DNA of 63,025 nucleotides, counting the filler, from Basidiobolus meristosporus CBS 931.73 (taxonomy: Eukaryota > Fungi > Basidiobolomycota): NCBI GenBank assembly GCA_002104905.1. It is 3 parts of 3 records of this genome, joined end to end, with 100 filler letters (N's around TTAATTAATTAA, not from the genome) between each part and the next. Parts side by side here need not be neighbours in the genome. Positions count along the whole stretch, not along the records: positions 1 to 24,635 come from MCFE01000945.1; positions 24,736 to 50,189 come from MCFE01000930.1; 1 more part is not named here. One strand, written 5' to 3'. Below are positions 22,301-34,117 of this stretch, one piece after another. The notes under the pieces were generated by a model that worked only from the letters and a program-made list of their open reading frames with translations, did not search any database and was not told where the DNA came from. Numbering within the stretch: position 1 is the first letter of the stretch; each line of letters begins with the position of its first letter. The position numbers and the translations under genes are program-made.

Positions 22301-23864
22301 TGCCTTGAAGAAGTTTCATCAGTATCTATGGGGTAATCCTTTTACCTTGTACACTGACCACCAAGCCCTTGTCTATATCCACACTCAGAAGACTCTGACT
22401 CCAATGCTTACCAACTGGCTTGATACTCTACTTGATTATGAATATACAGTTATTCATCGCCCAGGAATTCTCAACATCCTTCCTGACCACCTGTCAAGAC
22501 TTTTTCCAACTTCACCTTGGGAGGGACATGTGATTACTGATGTAATCAGTAAACTCTCTACAACTTCCAAAATAATTCCTCAACTGGATTCAGCAACTTG
22601 GAAAATCCCACCTGAAGAACAAAGGAAAACATTGATACAGAGGAGTCATTTACTTGGCCACTTTGGAGCTGACACACTTATGAAGAAGCTACACTCTGAT
22701 GGATATCACTGGCCAAATATCAAAGTTGACTGCTTAGAATTTGTCAAGTCGTGCAGAGAATGTCAACTTTACAATATCAGCCGCCATGGATTTCACCCTT
22801 TGAGCCCCATCCATGCAAGCCTTCCTATGGATCATATTGCAATTGATCTAGCTGGACCTTTCACCACTAGTGATGATGGTAATCACTACCTCTTTGTAAT
22901 TGTGGATGTCTGCACACGTTTTGTCTTCCTCAAAGCCATCCCAGACAAGTATGCGGCCACTATTGCACAAGAACTATTCAAGCTCTTCTGCCTTTTTGGA
23001 TTCCCTAAGGTCATTCAATCGGATAATGGAACAGAATTTGTGAATCACGTGATCAAAGCCCTTTGCCAGAATAGCGCCATTGATCATCGTCTGATCACTC
23101 CATATCATCCCAAAGCTAATGGACTGGCTGAAAGACATGTTCAGACCTCAGTGAACATCATCAGGAAATCTATCAAAGGTATCAAGAAGAATTGGGACAA
23201 GTACATTCCAACTGTACAGTATGCTATCAACACCAAAATTGCCGCTCTACATGGATCAACCCCATTTTCCTTGATGTTTGGAAGAAGATACAACCACTTT
23301 GGAGACTACCAGAATACAGAGTTAGCAAGTTTGAATACAGATAAGCTAAAGAACCGGCTTGAGTACCTTACCAACATTGTCTACCCTGCTATCAGTGCCA
23401 GAAGTAAGGCCTCTCAGCAAAAGATGACTTCAACATACGCCTCAAGACACAGGAACAGCAGCTTCCCAGATGGGTCATATGTCATGACACTAGATCCAAT
23501 CCGGCAATCTAAGCTTGACCCCAAGTATGAAGGACCATTCAAGGTTGTCAGACGCACTACTGGAGGATCTTATGTACTTCAAGATAACACTGGAGCACTG
23601 CTACCCAAAAACTTTCCACCTTCCTCACTCAAACTTATTTCTCAAGACCCAGTAACTTCAGAATCCTATGAAGTTGAAGCTATTTTGGACCATGATGGAG
23701 AAGAACCAAATTGCCTTTATTTAGTCAAGTGGAAAGGCTATGATGCCAAACACAACACCTGGGAACCTTACACCAACTTTGATGATGTTGCCATTATCAA
23801 TCAGTATTGGAGCCGCAGAGGAACCCAGAAGGTATCAAAAAACTCCTCTTCCGGAAGGAAGTGA
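19380..23864 (+). CDS. Gag-Pol polyprotein (gag, CCHC knuckle, protease, RT, RNase H, integrase, chromodomain), 1494 aa
   Basis: Motifs CFKCGNRGHRSPAC; LLDTGSS; LDLKDAY and FVDD; TDAS, ELLA, TDH; H..GH...C..C; IDLAGP, SDNG, GLAER; GPFKV; YEVEAILDH..YLVKWKGY..NTWEP. No stops. Confidence 0.97.
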   Translation: MSSAASNPNLSMLEEARRNQEELTEQLENIMLERNTMMIEHSKLAKTRSDNHRRDELLEVTSGYQDEIGIIKEALENIAIVIDSIENPPSLALHQPPRSHAFESSRSTSPSRPAPVVVPRSLPVYAEGTNAIKNPTEFHYKFSHVLAAHQLDPDTNWARLLPLCLTMQDADWVEVNILSNSMWKIAQNLFCSHFEDPLKKAHLNCDLWKTKMQKGESVQHFCDRFQRQMRLAGVSDDNPLLTAHFLSNFSHQLQSNIAIVKACNPARTYDQISEICTLAITLTAAVSQTSGSSTQYPTTAGKETSHVTEKQSTATKHCELHGKCYHSTSECKGITKQSNKSGNTAEKQQNTKTDNPYADDKCFKCGNRGHRSPACPEKNSTPSAKITQILDDHSANDTMGYEEAYEELTIQDYHNLFEFPAKIATVQEKKQPITQLKAIEVPLTLNGQSYVALLDTGSSNSIVSPNVVRELNLEIEKRPGKIILAAKDLSAPRIGITNPINIHCGSVTIIHQMEVIDIPDGPQVVIGLDTFTKLGFHIGGLPVSYPGITKSQPLIMDQIPEIISSQPEEEELTPTFQEYSQSVKLDIQPAIERNQAIPRNSFCTIPESIVTLETPPGESTWRRQYPIPHSCQHLVDEIVQKWADNGIITQAPVNTTFNSPLTLAPKKDADGNLTLKRPCLDPRPLNKLLQDDKFPIPRIQDIFSALSGAKVFSKLDLKDAYHRFQIHPDHQHKTAFTWNNMQWMFQGAPFGLKTLTSKFQRVMTIILKNAPYALVFVDDVIIFSTNRDDHATHVTDVINRLTTAGLILNAEKCSFARLKINLLGFIVTPAGHQLDPFKLVNIPEWPKPTSAKQLQHYLGVFNYFREHIPLMSSLSAPLDALRHSPDLTSAWNKTHDQAFESLCQLLPQAPTLSYPDFTKPFVVATDASNVGLGAVLYQDEDQNPPHWISFQARSLQPAERNYSATKKELLAIVFALKKFHQYLWGNPFTLYTDHQALVYIHTQKTLTPMLTNWLDTLLDYEYTVIHRPGILNILPDHLSRLFPTSPWEGHVITDVISKLSTTSKIIPQLDSATWKIPPEEQRKTLIQRSHLLGHFGADTLMKKLHSDGYHWPNIKVDCLEFVKSCRECQLYNISRHGFHPLSPIHASLPMDHIAIDLAGPFTTSDDGNHYLFVIVDVCTRFVFLKAIPDKYAATIAQELFKLFCLFGFPKVIQSDNGTEFVNHVIKALCQNSAIDHRLITPYHPKANGLAERHVQTSVNIIRKSIKGIKKNWDKYIPTVQYAINTKIAALHGSTPFSLMFGRRYNHFGDYQNTELASLNTDKLKNRLEYLTNIVYPAISARSKASQQKMTSTYASRHRNSSFPDGSYVMTLDPIRQSKLDPKYEGPFKVVRRTTGGSYVLQDNTGALLPKNFPPSSLKLISQDPVTSESYEVEAILDHDGEEPNCLYLVKWKGYDAKHNTWEPYTNFDDVAIINQYWSRRGTQKVSKNSSSGRK

Positions 23865-24561
23865 TGTTGTGCATCAACATTTAAAACTTTGCCAATTTTA
23901 CTCCGTTTGAAAATCTAGTACCCTAACTGATTTTCCCTAACCCAAACATAACAAATCCCAGTTACAGTTTATTTGATCCCACCTCAGAATCTATTTTTAG
24001 CTATCACACCTGATCTATTTTCAAATGGTCATCACGTTATCAACCTATCTGCCAAGCCTTCCCAGGTGATTAGTCATCTGAGATCTATCCAACCACTGTG
24101 CAGTTGCCAAGACATCAGTTGATTGATGATGTAATTTTCATTTATCTTATGCACCTATGAACACCCAAATTGATTTCAATCAATCCAGTCCCTTGGCGCT
24201 TACTAATTCAACTTGATCAGAAAAGTATAAATAAAGTGTACTGAACCTTTTGGTTTAGTGTGTGTCTCAACAAAATTAAGATTCTGTCTCAGCAAAAATA
24301 AGAATCCAACAATTCCGTTCTAGTTTCTATCCAAGCCTAGTATATCTAGCACTCCAAAGAACACCAAGCCTAGCCTGCCTAGCAAACAAATATCATTGCC
24401 TTTATAGCCAACCCAGCTATATCCAAGACCAATATTAGATCAGAATCTTTCTGCTAATATTTCCGCCACTCTCTGACAATTCTAAGATTCTGCACTTAAT
24501 TGTCCCTTTGGTTCAGTTAAACCATTCAAGAGTTTTATTACACTTTCTCTTGGATACAACA
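23865..24561 (+). repeat. 3' LTR of the chromovirus (697 bp)
   Basis: Direct repeat of 18644-19339, starting immediately after the ORF stop codon. Confidence 0.97.
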
Positions 24562-24635
24562 TGGATAGCTCCTAGAATACTGAATGCTATCTGTGGTAAT
24601 GGACTAGTATCCATTAGCTACAATATCCCTAAACC

Positions 24636-24735
24636 NNNNNNNNNNNNNNNNNNNNNNNNNNNNNNNNNNNNNNNNNNNNTTAATTAATTAANNNNNNNNN
24701 NNNNNNNNNNNNNNNNNNNNNNNNNNNNNNNNNNN
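24636..24735. other. Assembly gap with artificial linker (44 N + TTAATTAATTAA + 44 N)
   Basis: Same 100-nt structure as 50190-50289. The 12-mer is a palindrome with stops in all frames. Confidence 0.97.
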
Positions 24736-24802
24736 ACTCCCACTGAATATGAGATATCTGGACATGCTCCAAGCATGATATATATCAGACTGCTGACCAC
24801 TG

Positions 24803-25560
24803 CAGCTGTGGTCAATAGTTACAAACACAGAAAAGTATCTTTGCCTGTACACAAATAAACTTGGGAAAGAATCAAATATAATAAAAGATACCTACTCAAA
24901 GTATTCATCACAAGTAGTGCCTCCAAGATCATTTGGCTGTCAGCGTGGTTTCCTGGGAGTATCCTGTGGTCTGGGGCTGGAGGTTCAGGTAGCAGCAGGT
25001 AGCAGTGATCACACTAATCAACAAGTTGGTATATTGATAAAAGGAATAATAATTTATTGCTGACAGATTGCCTCCCTTGTATACCTTTCTCACTGGCAAA
25101 GTGATTACTAATCATGGTGTTCCAGAAGGTTCTTGTGGTCAAATAGAGATCTTAATGACATCAGAATGGGCTAAGAATGTACTAAGTAGGTGCAGGAAGG
25201 TTGTAAGAGGCACAGCACACCCAACCAATCAGGGATTAGTATTCTTAAACCTGTGTAACATAGGGATACCATATATAGTATGAAAGTGGTAGGGATGGTG
25301 ACGCAGCTTGGTCATGTGTTACAGCTACTGACACAGGTACCTACCTAACAGAGAAGCACTTACATCAAGTAATCTTACATAAAGTGAGCAAACACATATG
25401 CAATAAGATAAGCAGGTGGGATAGTCAGCCAGCTTATGGGATAGCACTGATCAAGAAAGACAAATGGGATAAACTAATATAATTGTAGTAAAAAAATAGA
25501 GTGGTAGAAAATATGGGAATGAGCACATCTGTCAGTGGGTGTCACTGTTACCCCACAACA
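24803..25560 (-). mobile_element. Family-A LTR, truncated
   Basis: Aligns with 1884-2650 and starts TGTTGTGGGG on the minus strand. Confidence 0.8.
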
Positions 25561-28500
25561 GTGGCTATAATAAGACCATCCCCATATAGAGCTAATAGAG
25601 CTGGATTTGCTCTATCTGGCTTATAGTGTATACTATAGTCAGCATTACTCCTTTTGAAACTCAAAAATTTGAAACAAGAATCTATTATGCAATTCCAGGT
25701 TTGTGGTAATTGTTTGAGTCCATATAGACTTTTTAAGCTTGCAGACCAAATGGGAATTATCTTGGTCAACAAATCCATCAGGCTGGTCCATTTACACATC
25801 CTCATCAGGTTCTCCACTAAAGAATGCAGTTTTTACATCCATTTGATGAATAAAAACTATATTGGGCTGCAATAGCCAATATTAATCTGATGGAATTGAA
25901 CTTGGTTACCAGTGCAAAGGTCTCAGTAGGATCAAGCCCTTTTGTTGGAGGGTTTCCTTTGGCTGCAGGTCTTGCTTTGTATCTGACAATTGTACCATCA
26001 GCCTTGTATTTTGTCTTGAAGATCCATCTGCATTGAATTGATTTTAGGTTGATTAGTAATTTGACCATGTCCCAGGTTTGATTTTCCATCAGGGCCTGGT
26101 ATTCATCAGTCATTGCAGATCTCCAAAACTTTGTCTGAGGGCTATTTAGGGCCTCTTCTACCATCTGGGGCTTATCAATATGTACTGACTAGGCATAGGC
26201 TAAGTTTGTACCCTCATTGATATAGTAATTTGGGCTATTTCTTGTCCAATAGGATCTCCTTGCATTTGATACTGGAATGATCACTTTTGGGATATACCTG
26301 GGCACTGCTTCAAGCTGAATCATGGCTGTAGAGTCCTCTAGAGAGAAAAACTTCTGTTTTTTTGCACTGATTTAATCCTGACAATTAGTGGACTTGGGAT
26401 TAGATTTTTGTCATAATGTGATGTCATGTTTTGTGAAAATTTGCTTTTTCAATAAACAGCACATCCCTGGACTTAATTAGCTATGTTACTTTGGTATTGT
26501 AGCGTCTGTATTCTTCAATTGCATTGAAATAGCCCAAAAATATGCATTTTACACTTTCTGGCTCAAATTTTGCCTGAATTCCAGGCAGTTTCTTGGCATA
26601 AGATGTACACCCAAATATTCTTAGATGCTTGGCACTTGCTCTGTATCCATACCATGCTTCAAATGGAGTAGAATCACAAATTATTCTGTTATAAATCCTA
26701 TTTCTAAGGTGTACAACTGTGGCAACTGATTCCGCCCAAAAATCATAGGATAATATCTGATCATGGATCATAGATCTTGCCATATTATTTATTGATTTCT
26801 TTGCATGTTCTGCTACTCCATTTTGATGTTGGGAGTATGGTAAAGTAGTCTATAGATTTATCCTGAGAATTTTGTAGAAGTGGATGAAGGGGTTTGTGGT
26901 ATATTCTCCACCATTGTCAGAGCGTATTTTCTTGATTTTTTCATCAGTTTCTCTCTCTGCCATGGCTTTAAACTCTCTGAGCTTAGATAAAGCTTCTTTC
27001 TCTCTAAGAAGTAGAACCATGTGTATCTTGTATTATTGTCAATAAAAGTCATCAAATATTTCATCCTGCTTAAGGTTAAATTCTGAATAGGTCCAGACAG
27101 ATCTGAGTGAATTTGATCTAATTTTGTCTTAGTTTTGATTAACCCAGAACTCTTGAATGGTTGTCTGGCTTGTTTCTCATGTAAGTAGGCTCCACATTGC
27201 TCTAAATTAGCTGGGGGAGCAATTTTTACACTGGAAATTATCTGGACTCTGATCATTTTGCACAAATAATCAAAATTGATGTGTCCAAATCTCCTGTACC
27301 AATGCATTGGTGCTTCTTCACTCAAGTTACTTATGTTGGCTTCCAGATATGAAGGCATATAAGTTAACTTATGAAGATTCTGATCTCTGATACCTAACGC
27401 AATATGAGCACCATTCTGATCAGAGATCCTGCCTCCAGAACTGTCAGAGCTAAAGCTGAGTCCTTCTGCTGTTGCCTTGCTTACAGACAGTAGGTTTCTG
27501 GCAATTTCTGGTTCATAGAGTACTTCTTTGAGGGTCAGTGTATGGCTTCCCTCATGGCTTCTATGGTCTACTAGGATAGGTCCTTCTCCCACTGCATCAA
27601 ATGTTCTATTGTCACTCATGAAAACTTTCTCAATTGGAATTTCTTGATATTGGGTAAAAGCTCTTTTTGCTGTGTAAAGTGTTGAGATGCTCCAGAGTCA
27701 ATACATCACATCTGCAAATCCTTATTTGCGGTCAAATTTAGTGTAAATATTAATAGTCTATCTTCAGTTGTTGCAGCATTTTCATAGTCAGGCTTTTTTT
27801 GAAGACTATCTCTCTATTAAAGCACCGGTCTGATGTATGTCCTTTCCTTTTGCAGTAGTTGCACAATAGGTTGCTATTGCCTTGAAAAGGTCTTGGGTAT
27901 CTTCTTTGTAAGTTATCATTGCTTATTAGAGCACTCTGTTCCTCCTTTGTATTGGCACTTGATTTTCTTAATTTTCATCCAGGAGACTTCTGAATATGTA
28001 ATTTAAGGTCAAATCTGCAGTTCTGGACTCTAGGGCTGATACAAGGCCTGGAAACCTGTCTGTCAGGCTATCTCGGATGGCTACTATCACATTTTCATCA
28101 GTTGCTGGTATGCCCACATATTCCATCTAATTCACCAGCAGGGTAACTCTGTCTATTAAACTTTGCATTTCTTATCCTGGCAGCATCTCTGTAGTAAAGA
28201 ATTCCTGTCTGAGCTACACTTACTTAGCAGCTGAACATGACTGGTTGATGTCTTCTAATGCCTTACCAGTATTCTTTGCTGCTTTTGCTCTTGAGCATTG
28301 AATCAGCTACTTGTCTTTGACATTAAGGCAAATGCAGTTAAAGGCACTTTGTTCTCTCTTTTGATACTTTGAAAATTCTTCTCCCACATTTTTAGGAGGG
28401 CATTCTTCTCCCATGACACTATCCCAAAGGCCTCTTTCTTGTAGAAGCATCTTTATCCTACCTTCCACACTTGGTAGCTAAGGCCATCCAATTTTTGAGC

Positions 28501-28596
28501 CAAGGGAACAGTTCCAGTAATAGCAGTAGTAGGAACTGCAGAGAGTGACAGCTTGGGGCTCAAAGCCTTCCATAAGAGTCTTGGTGATAATGGAAG

Positions 28597-29273
28597 TGTT
28601 GAATCCAAGAGAAAAGTGTAATAAAACTCTTGAATGAGTTAGCTGAACCTAAGTGACAACTAAGTGCAGAATCTTAGAATTATCAAGAGTGACAGAAATA
28701 TTAGCAGAGAGGTTCTGGTCTATTATTGGTCTTATATCTAGCTGAGTTGGGCTATAAAGGCAACAGAGTAGGTTTGCTATGTGGGCTAGGCTTGGTGTTC
28801 TTCAGAGTGCTAGATATGCTAAGCTTGGGTAGAAACTAGAACGGATTTGTTGAATTCTTAATTTTGTTGAGACACACACTAAACAATAAGGTTCAGTAAA
28901 CTTTATTTGTACTTTTCTGATTGAGTTGCATTGGTAAGTGCCAAGAGACTGGGCTAATTGAAATCTGTTGGGATGTTCATAGGTGCATAAGATAAATGAA
29001 AAATTGCATCATTAATCAGCTGATGTCTTGGCAACTGCTAAGTGGTTGGATAAATATCAGATGACTAATCACTTGGAATGGCTTAGCAGATCAGTTGAGG
29101 ATGTAATGACCACATGAAAGTTGATCAGGCGTGACAGCTAAAAATAGATTCTGAGAAGTGATAAATTAAACCATAACAGGGATTAGTTATGTTTGGGTTA
29201 GGGAAAATCAGTTAGGGTACTAGATTTTCTAACAGAGTGAAATTGGCCAAGTTTTAAACATTGATGCACAACA
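28597..29273 (-). mobile_element. Solo LTR of the chromovirus family with a 5-bp TSD (GGAAG)
   Basis: Diverged reverse complement of 18644-19339. GGAAG is present at 28592-28596 and 29274-29278, and the empty site is seen in the Copia LTR near 54220. Confidence 0.92.
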
Positions 29274-30589
29274 GGAAGTGATTGGGAGGACAAGAAGATT
29301 ATGTGGTTTTCACTGAAGTCCTGAACAGTCAGATCCCATCATAGATAAGAAGAATTACCAACAAGGTAACAGCTGTTTTCACAAAACACTAAGAAAAAAA
29401 ATTGAGAAAAGGCCAGCATAATACCATCATAGTATCAGCTGAATTCCAAGTTTCTCAAAATTGACAACTCTCAATTTCTCTGTTCTTAGCTAATGGGCAG
29501 GCAAGTAAATAAGTTCCCCAGGTGGAGACTAGGCAAACTAGAATCCATGCCAAGTTTGGTAATTGGCTGCCCATTACTTCCATCAAAAATGGCATTTGAA
29601 ATTTTGAACTTGAAGCACCAGCTCATTACCAGCAAAATACCATTAGAATACCAGCAGAATAACAGCTAAAAATTATGTGAATTCCAAGTTTGAGATTTTT
29701 CATAGGGAAAAGTTGGAAGTGGAGCCAGCTGAGCTACACTCCAGTGAGGTAAATGAGTTTGCAGAGAAGGGCAATTTGTCTACCACAGCCTCCACATCAT
29801 CATTGTTGACAGAGTGGAGACCCTACCAACAGACAAAGTAACAACTTCAAGAACTCCAAAGGTTATTATACTGCCATCAGTGGAGTTTTGGAACATTAAT
29901 AGGCTTACCAAGAGGTTGTAGCACTTCTTCAACAGCAGTGCTCATGAAAATGTATTTGAATACTACCAGGATTTATTGCAAAGACTGGCACATGAAGTTC
30001 TAGACCTTGCAGTGCTGGCTGAAGACCAGGATGTGTGGGAACCAGTGAATGAACAGTGGCACAAAGCTGTAGGGCCCCTGCCAAAGTCATGGAAGCAGAG
30101 TGTTAGGGCTGAAATACTTATTGTGTGGTGGAATTTAACCAAGTTACTTGTTGAGTGTGGGATTGGGCCTAATGTGAGTGTAGGGTATAGGGACTTGTAT
30201 AGATCAATACAACTGGCAACTGAGGTACAACTGAAGTGTCAATGGAAATAAATCAGTTCATATGCATGAAAAGCAAGAGAAATAGTTGAGTCAGGAAGTA
30301 AAGGGTGTGAAAAAGAGGCAATTGCCAATCAATGCACGCAGACTTAGGAGGTGATAGAGTGTCTGAAATCAGAAAGTGAGAAAATTGGCAGAGAACCAAT
30401 CAAATGCAACTTTTGTATTGTTGTAATGACAAATTTGGACCAAGTTTGTTGTGAAATCTGGGGTGAATTATTTTTTGAGTCTTTGCACAGTGTTCTGATG
30501 CAATCAATACCTCTTAGTCACTGGACTTTAATTTTGTGACAGCTTTTTGACAGGATCATTACAATAACTTTCTATAGGGAGCTACTAAA

Positions 30590-31581
30590 AATCAATTGAA
30601 TGCCAATGGGTTAGCAAGGCAATGTACAGAGCTGATGGTATATATGAAAGATATGAAGTAAGACTAGTGACCAAAGAATACTCTGAAACAAAAGGACTGG
30701 ACTACACGGAAACCTTTGCACTGGTAGCCAAGTATAATTCCAACAAGCTACTATTGGCTATCACTGCTTGATATTAGTTTTGTATTCATCAAGTGTATAT
30801 AAAGACAGCATTTTGAATAGGGGACTTGAGGGGCACAAGTACATGAACAAACCTGATGGGTTTGTTGGCCCAGACAGCCCTCATTTGTTCTGCAAGCATG
30901 AAAGATATTTATATGATCTTAAAAAATTCAAAGAACCTGGAACTGCAAGATAGATTCAATTAAAAGTCCATGAGTCTCCATTGATATGCTGGTGACCTCA
31001 GTATCTACTATATGCCAGATAGTGCAAGCTCATCTTTATTAGCTCTATATGTGGGTGATCTTATTATAGCCATTCATAACTCAATAACATTGGAAGAGAC
31101 CTAATCCAGCCCATCTAAGGAGCTCAAAATGTCAAATCTAGGACCGCTTAGTTACAACTTACAGACAGAGCTCTCCATAGATAGTGGTACCCAGACCATC
31201 ACTTCAAGCCAGTCCTAATGTATTCAAAATATATGTGTTAAATTTGTGATTGCACCTGTATATACTCATCAAGTCTAGTTACTAAGATTATTGCCTACAA
31301 GACTTAGAGAATTCTAAGCAAATCCATTGTTGGGATTTAAACATAATATTTCAACTAATACATCAGGTACCCAGATAATGGAATTTGTCAAGATTGTCCA
31401 AACAGCCCCAAACTTGGTACAAATGCTCTTGTGACCTTTCTTAGCATGTCTCACATGCTTTTTTTACTATGAATATGTGGCAGTGTAAAAAGCACTTTAT
31501 AATCAGCATAGAGTTAGGCAAATATCACATAATCTAGCTGACCTCCCCATTGCTTTGATTATCTCCAGGACTCTTACTGCA
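30590..31581 (+). mobile_element. Copia RT fragment followed by a degenerate Copia LTR
   Basis: [22 protein letters not shown] and YMNKPDGFV motifs. 31240-31581 resembles the 349-bp Copia LTR. Confidence 0.7.
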
Positions 31582-31598
31582 AATGTTCAGGTGGCTTA

Positions 31599-31943
31599 TG
31601 TTGCAATATTTTGAGGAGTATCAGAAGTGATGTGGAGTACTAGAGGATTTACATGTTATTCATTTAAAGATTTGTTGATCAAAAGTATGATATTTATACT
31701 TTTGATAAGGTAGAGCAGAAAAACATGTAGAGTTTGCTAAGGAAGGTCCCAATAATATGTGTGAAAAGTTTGGGGACTTTCAAACAACTTTAAGAAAGAT
31801 CATAATCTGGGTACCTGCTAATTTGGTGAAAATACTCAAAATCTCCACAAAAAATTTGGTCAGGACAGAATGCTAATCTAACAATAAGATCTCTATGACT
31901 AAGTTAGCATGAATATTCAAGTGACAACTTAATAATTGCAACA
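31599..31943 (-). repeat. Copia-family LTR with adjacent PPT
   Basis: Minus strand reads TGTTGC...GCAACA, preceded by the purine tract TGAGTGGGAG (31944-31953). Confidence 0.7.
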
Positions 31944-32502
31944 CTCCCACTCATCAAAATATTCATCAACATAAATACCAATTGAGAGTGTGCAAGCTGG
32001 AACAAGTGTATAAGATTTAAGAGTGTTGAATACTGGACTAATGTACTATCCAACAGTAAATGCATTTGTGTTCAACTTAATTGAACAAGAAACTTGTAAT
32101 TCAGTGTGCAAATCTACTCAATAGTATGCCTAAGAATCAGAATGATCTGATCAAAACACTAATCATTAGCTTTGATCAGTTTTACAGGCTTGAATAATAA
32201 TCTCAGTCTAGTTGTCAGATTGTAATAGTGATATATAGCATCTGGGCTATGCAATGCTTCTTTTTTGAGCAATACAGACCCACTTTTGGTCAAGTTGAGG
32301 TGTTGTCATTTATGGCAGATCTGGAGTTTCCTTATTTCTGGGCAAAAGTCTAACTCTTTTAGTCAACTCCTCTGAATGTCCATATTAGGCTCAGGGACAG
32401 TTACTTCCATCATATAGACTCTATATGAGGTAACAGAAATGACCTATATTGGACCAAGTTAAGGTTTTGTCATTTACACCTGATACAGATTATCCTCATT
32501 TC

Positions 32503-32851
32503 TGTTGTAAGAGTCTTGGAGATATTGGAAGTGATTGGGAGAACAAGTAGATTATGTGGTTTTCACTTAATGATTTATTGAATGTAAAAGTAGTATTTAT
32601 ACTTTTACCTGATCTTGGCATTACAAACACGTAGAATAGGTTAAGGAAGGTCCCCAAGAACATGTGTGCAAAGATTGGGGCTGTTTGGACAATTTTGAGA
32701 ATTTTCATGTTCTGGGTACCTGGTATTTTGGTGAAAATATTACAAGTAAATCCCGACAAGGAATTTGGTCAGTATTCTCTAGGATTTGAGGGTAATGATA
32801 TAAGTGACTAAGTTAGGTGAATATTTAGGTGGAAATACAAATTTTACAACA
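32503..32851 (-). mobile_element. Copia solo LTR (349 bp) with a 5-bp TSD (ATTTC)
   Basis: Highly similar to 54197-54545, with ATTTC on both flanks. Confidence 0.92.
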
Positions 32852-33047
32852 ATTTCATGGCATCACAGCACATGCAACATGGCCAAAAAAAATAAAGTTT
32901 TTTTGCTCAACTCTGAGCTGGGATGGCCTGTTCCCACTTGAATCACATCTGTTTAGTGATGCAGTACCACAAAAAAGTTCTAGAGTGGTCATCTTTGTCT
33001 TCCTTAAGTAGAATCAACTCTCTTTGGGCTGATGACTTCATTTACAG

Positions 33048-33515
33048 TGTAGTGGGATCACAGAGACACCCACTGACAGATGTGCTCATTCCCATATTTT
33101 CTCCTTCCCTATTTCTCTACTACACTTATTTTAGTTTTATCCCATTTGTCTTACCTGATCAGTACTATCCCATAAGCTGGGTGACAATCACACCTGCTTA
33201 CCTTATTGCATAAATTATCCCTCACTTTATGTAAGATTACTAGCTGTAAGTGCTTCTATATTAGGCAACTACCTGGACCAGTACCCATGACACATGATCA
33301 ACCCATGTTACCATCCCTACCATTTCCATACCATATATGGTATCCCTATGTTACACAGGCTTCAGAGTACTGGTTCCTGATTGGTTGGATGTACTGTGCC
33401 TGTTAGAACCTTCTGGCACCTACTTAGAATACTCTTAGCTCATTCTGATGTTATTAAGATTTCTACTGATCTCCAGAACATTCTGGAACACCATGATTAG
33501 TAATCACTCCAGGTG
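33048..33515 (+). mobile_element. Family-A LTR, 3'-truncated
   Basis: Starts TGTAGTGGG and matches the reverse complement of ~2190-2650. Confidence 0.8.
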
Positions 33516-34117
33516 TATATATATGTATTATATATCATTGGGATCCTTATAATTCAGGGAGCTTGTTTCTGAGATCTTCTTCCATTAATAGGTAGTCCAA
33601 AATGGTGGTCAATAGCTCCAGTATTTGTGTTCTCAGCCTTATTTTGGGCAGCAACAGATTTGGTAAAACCTTCCACTGGCAATCATTCAATAATGATCTA
33701 AATTTTTTGTGGGAACTCAGGATAATATCCTATCTGAAAGCTTGTCTAACAGTCAATTGAGGTCATATGAATACATATAGCAATATATTTTGTTGTGGAT
33801 CTGGACCCTCAATTGCTGGAATTACGCAATCTTCTTCAGCAGTGTTAGAGCACCAACATATTATATATCTTGACATAGTTACATGTCAGCATGATGGATT
33901 CTCCTTCATAACTAGCTTGGGTAGTTACTAAATGAGTCTTTTGATGGCAAGGCCTTCTTGTCCACAGCAATATCCTCATGAACATAGTCCTTTTAGCAGT
34001 GGTAGGCATCTTTAACTTTAGCAGAGCAATAGTGCAGAATGTCTTTCTCCAGACTAGCAGAAAAGGATCCAAGGCAAAGTAGATACCTAGAGGACAGCAA
34101 GCATGGGGCTTGTAGCC

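Larger units (their letters stand above)
18644..24561 (+). mobile_element. Full-length Ty3/Gypsy chromovirus LTR retrotransposon
   Basis: Paired LTRs 18644-19339 and 23865-24561 (TGTTGT...ACAACA), a single gag-pol ORF, and a polypurine tract GGAAGGAAG just before the 3' LTR. Confidence 0.97.
24736..29330 (-). mobile_element. Ty1/Copia element, copy 1 (decayed; interrupted by a family-A LTR and a chromovirus solo LTR)
   Basis: Minus-strand order is gag (KLDG..Y..WKV) - protease - pre-integrase - integrase (IHSDLSGP, WAESVAT) - RT (CRWIFKTK.KADG..YKAR). Collinear with the copy at 50290-54545. Confidence 0.9.

Noticed and set aside
24680-24691. TTAATTAATTAA palindrome inside N runs (also 50234-50245) and the ORF 50234..50527 that crosses it
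   Set aside because: It is an artificial scaffolding linker centred in identical 100-nt gaps and not biological.
33515-34117. Stop-riddled minus-strand frame (ASLEKDILHYC...LLMEEDLRNKLPEL)
   Set aside because: No recognisable motif, and the 118-aa ORF in the track is a chimera starting inside a Copia LTR.
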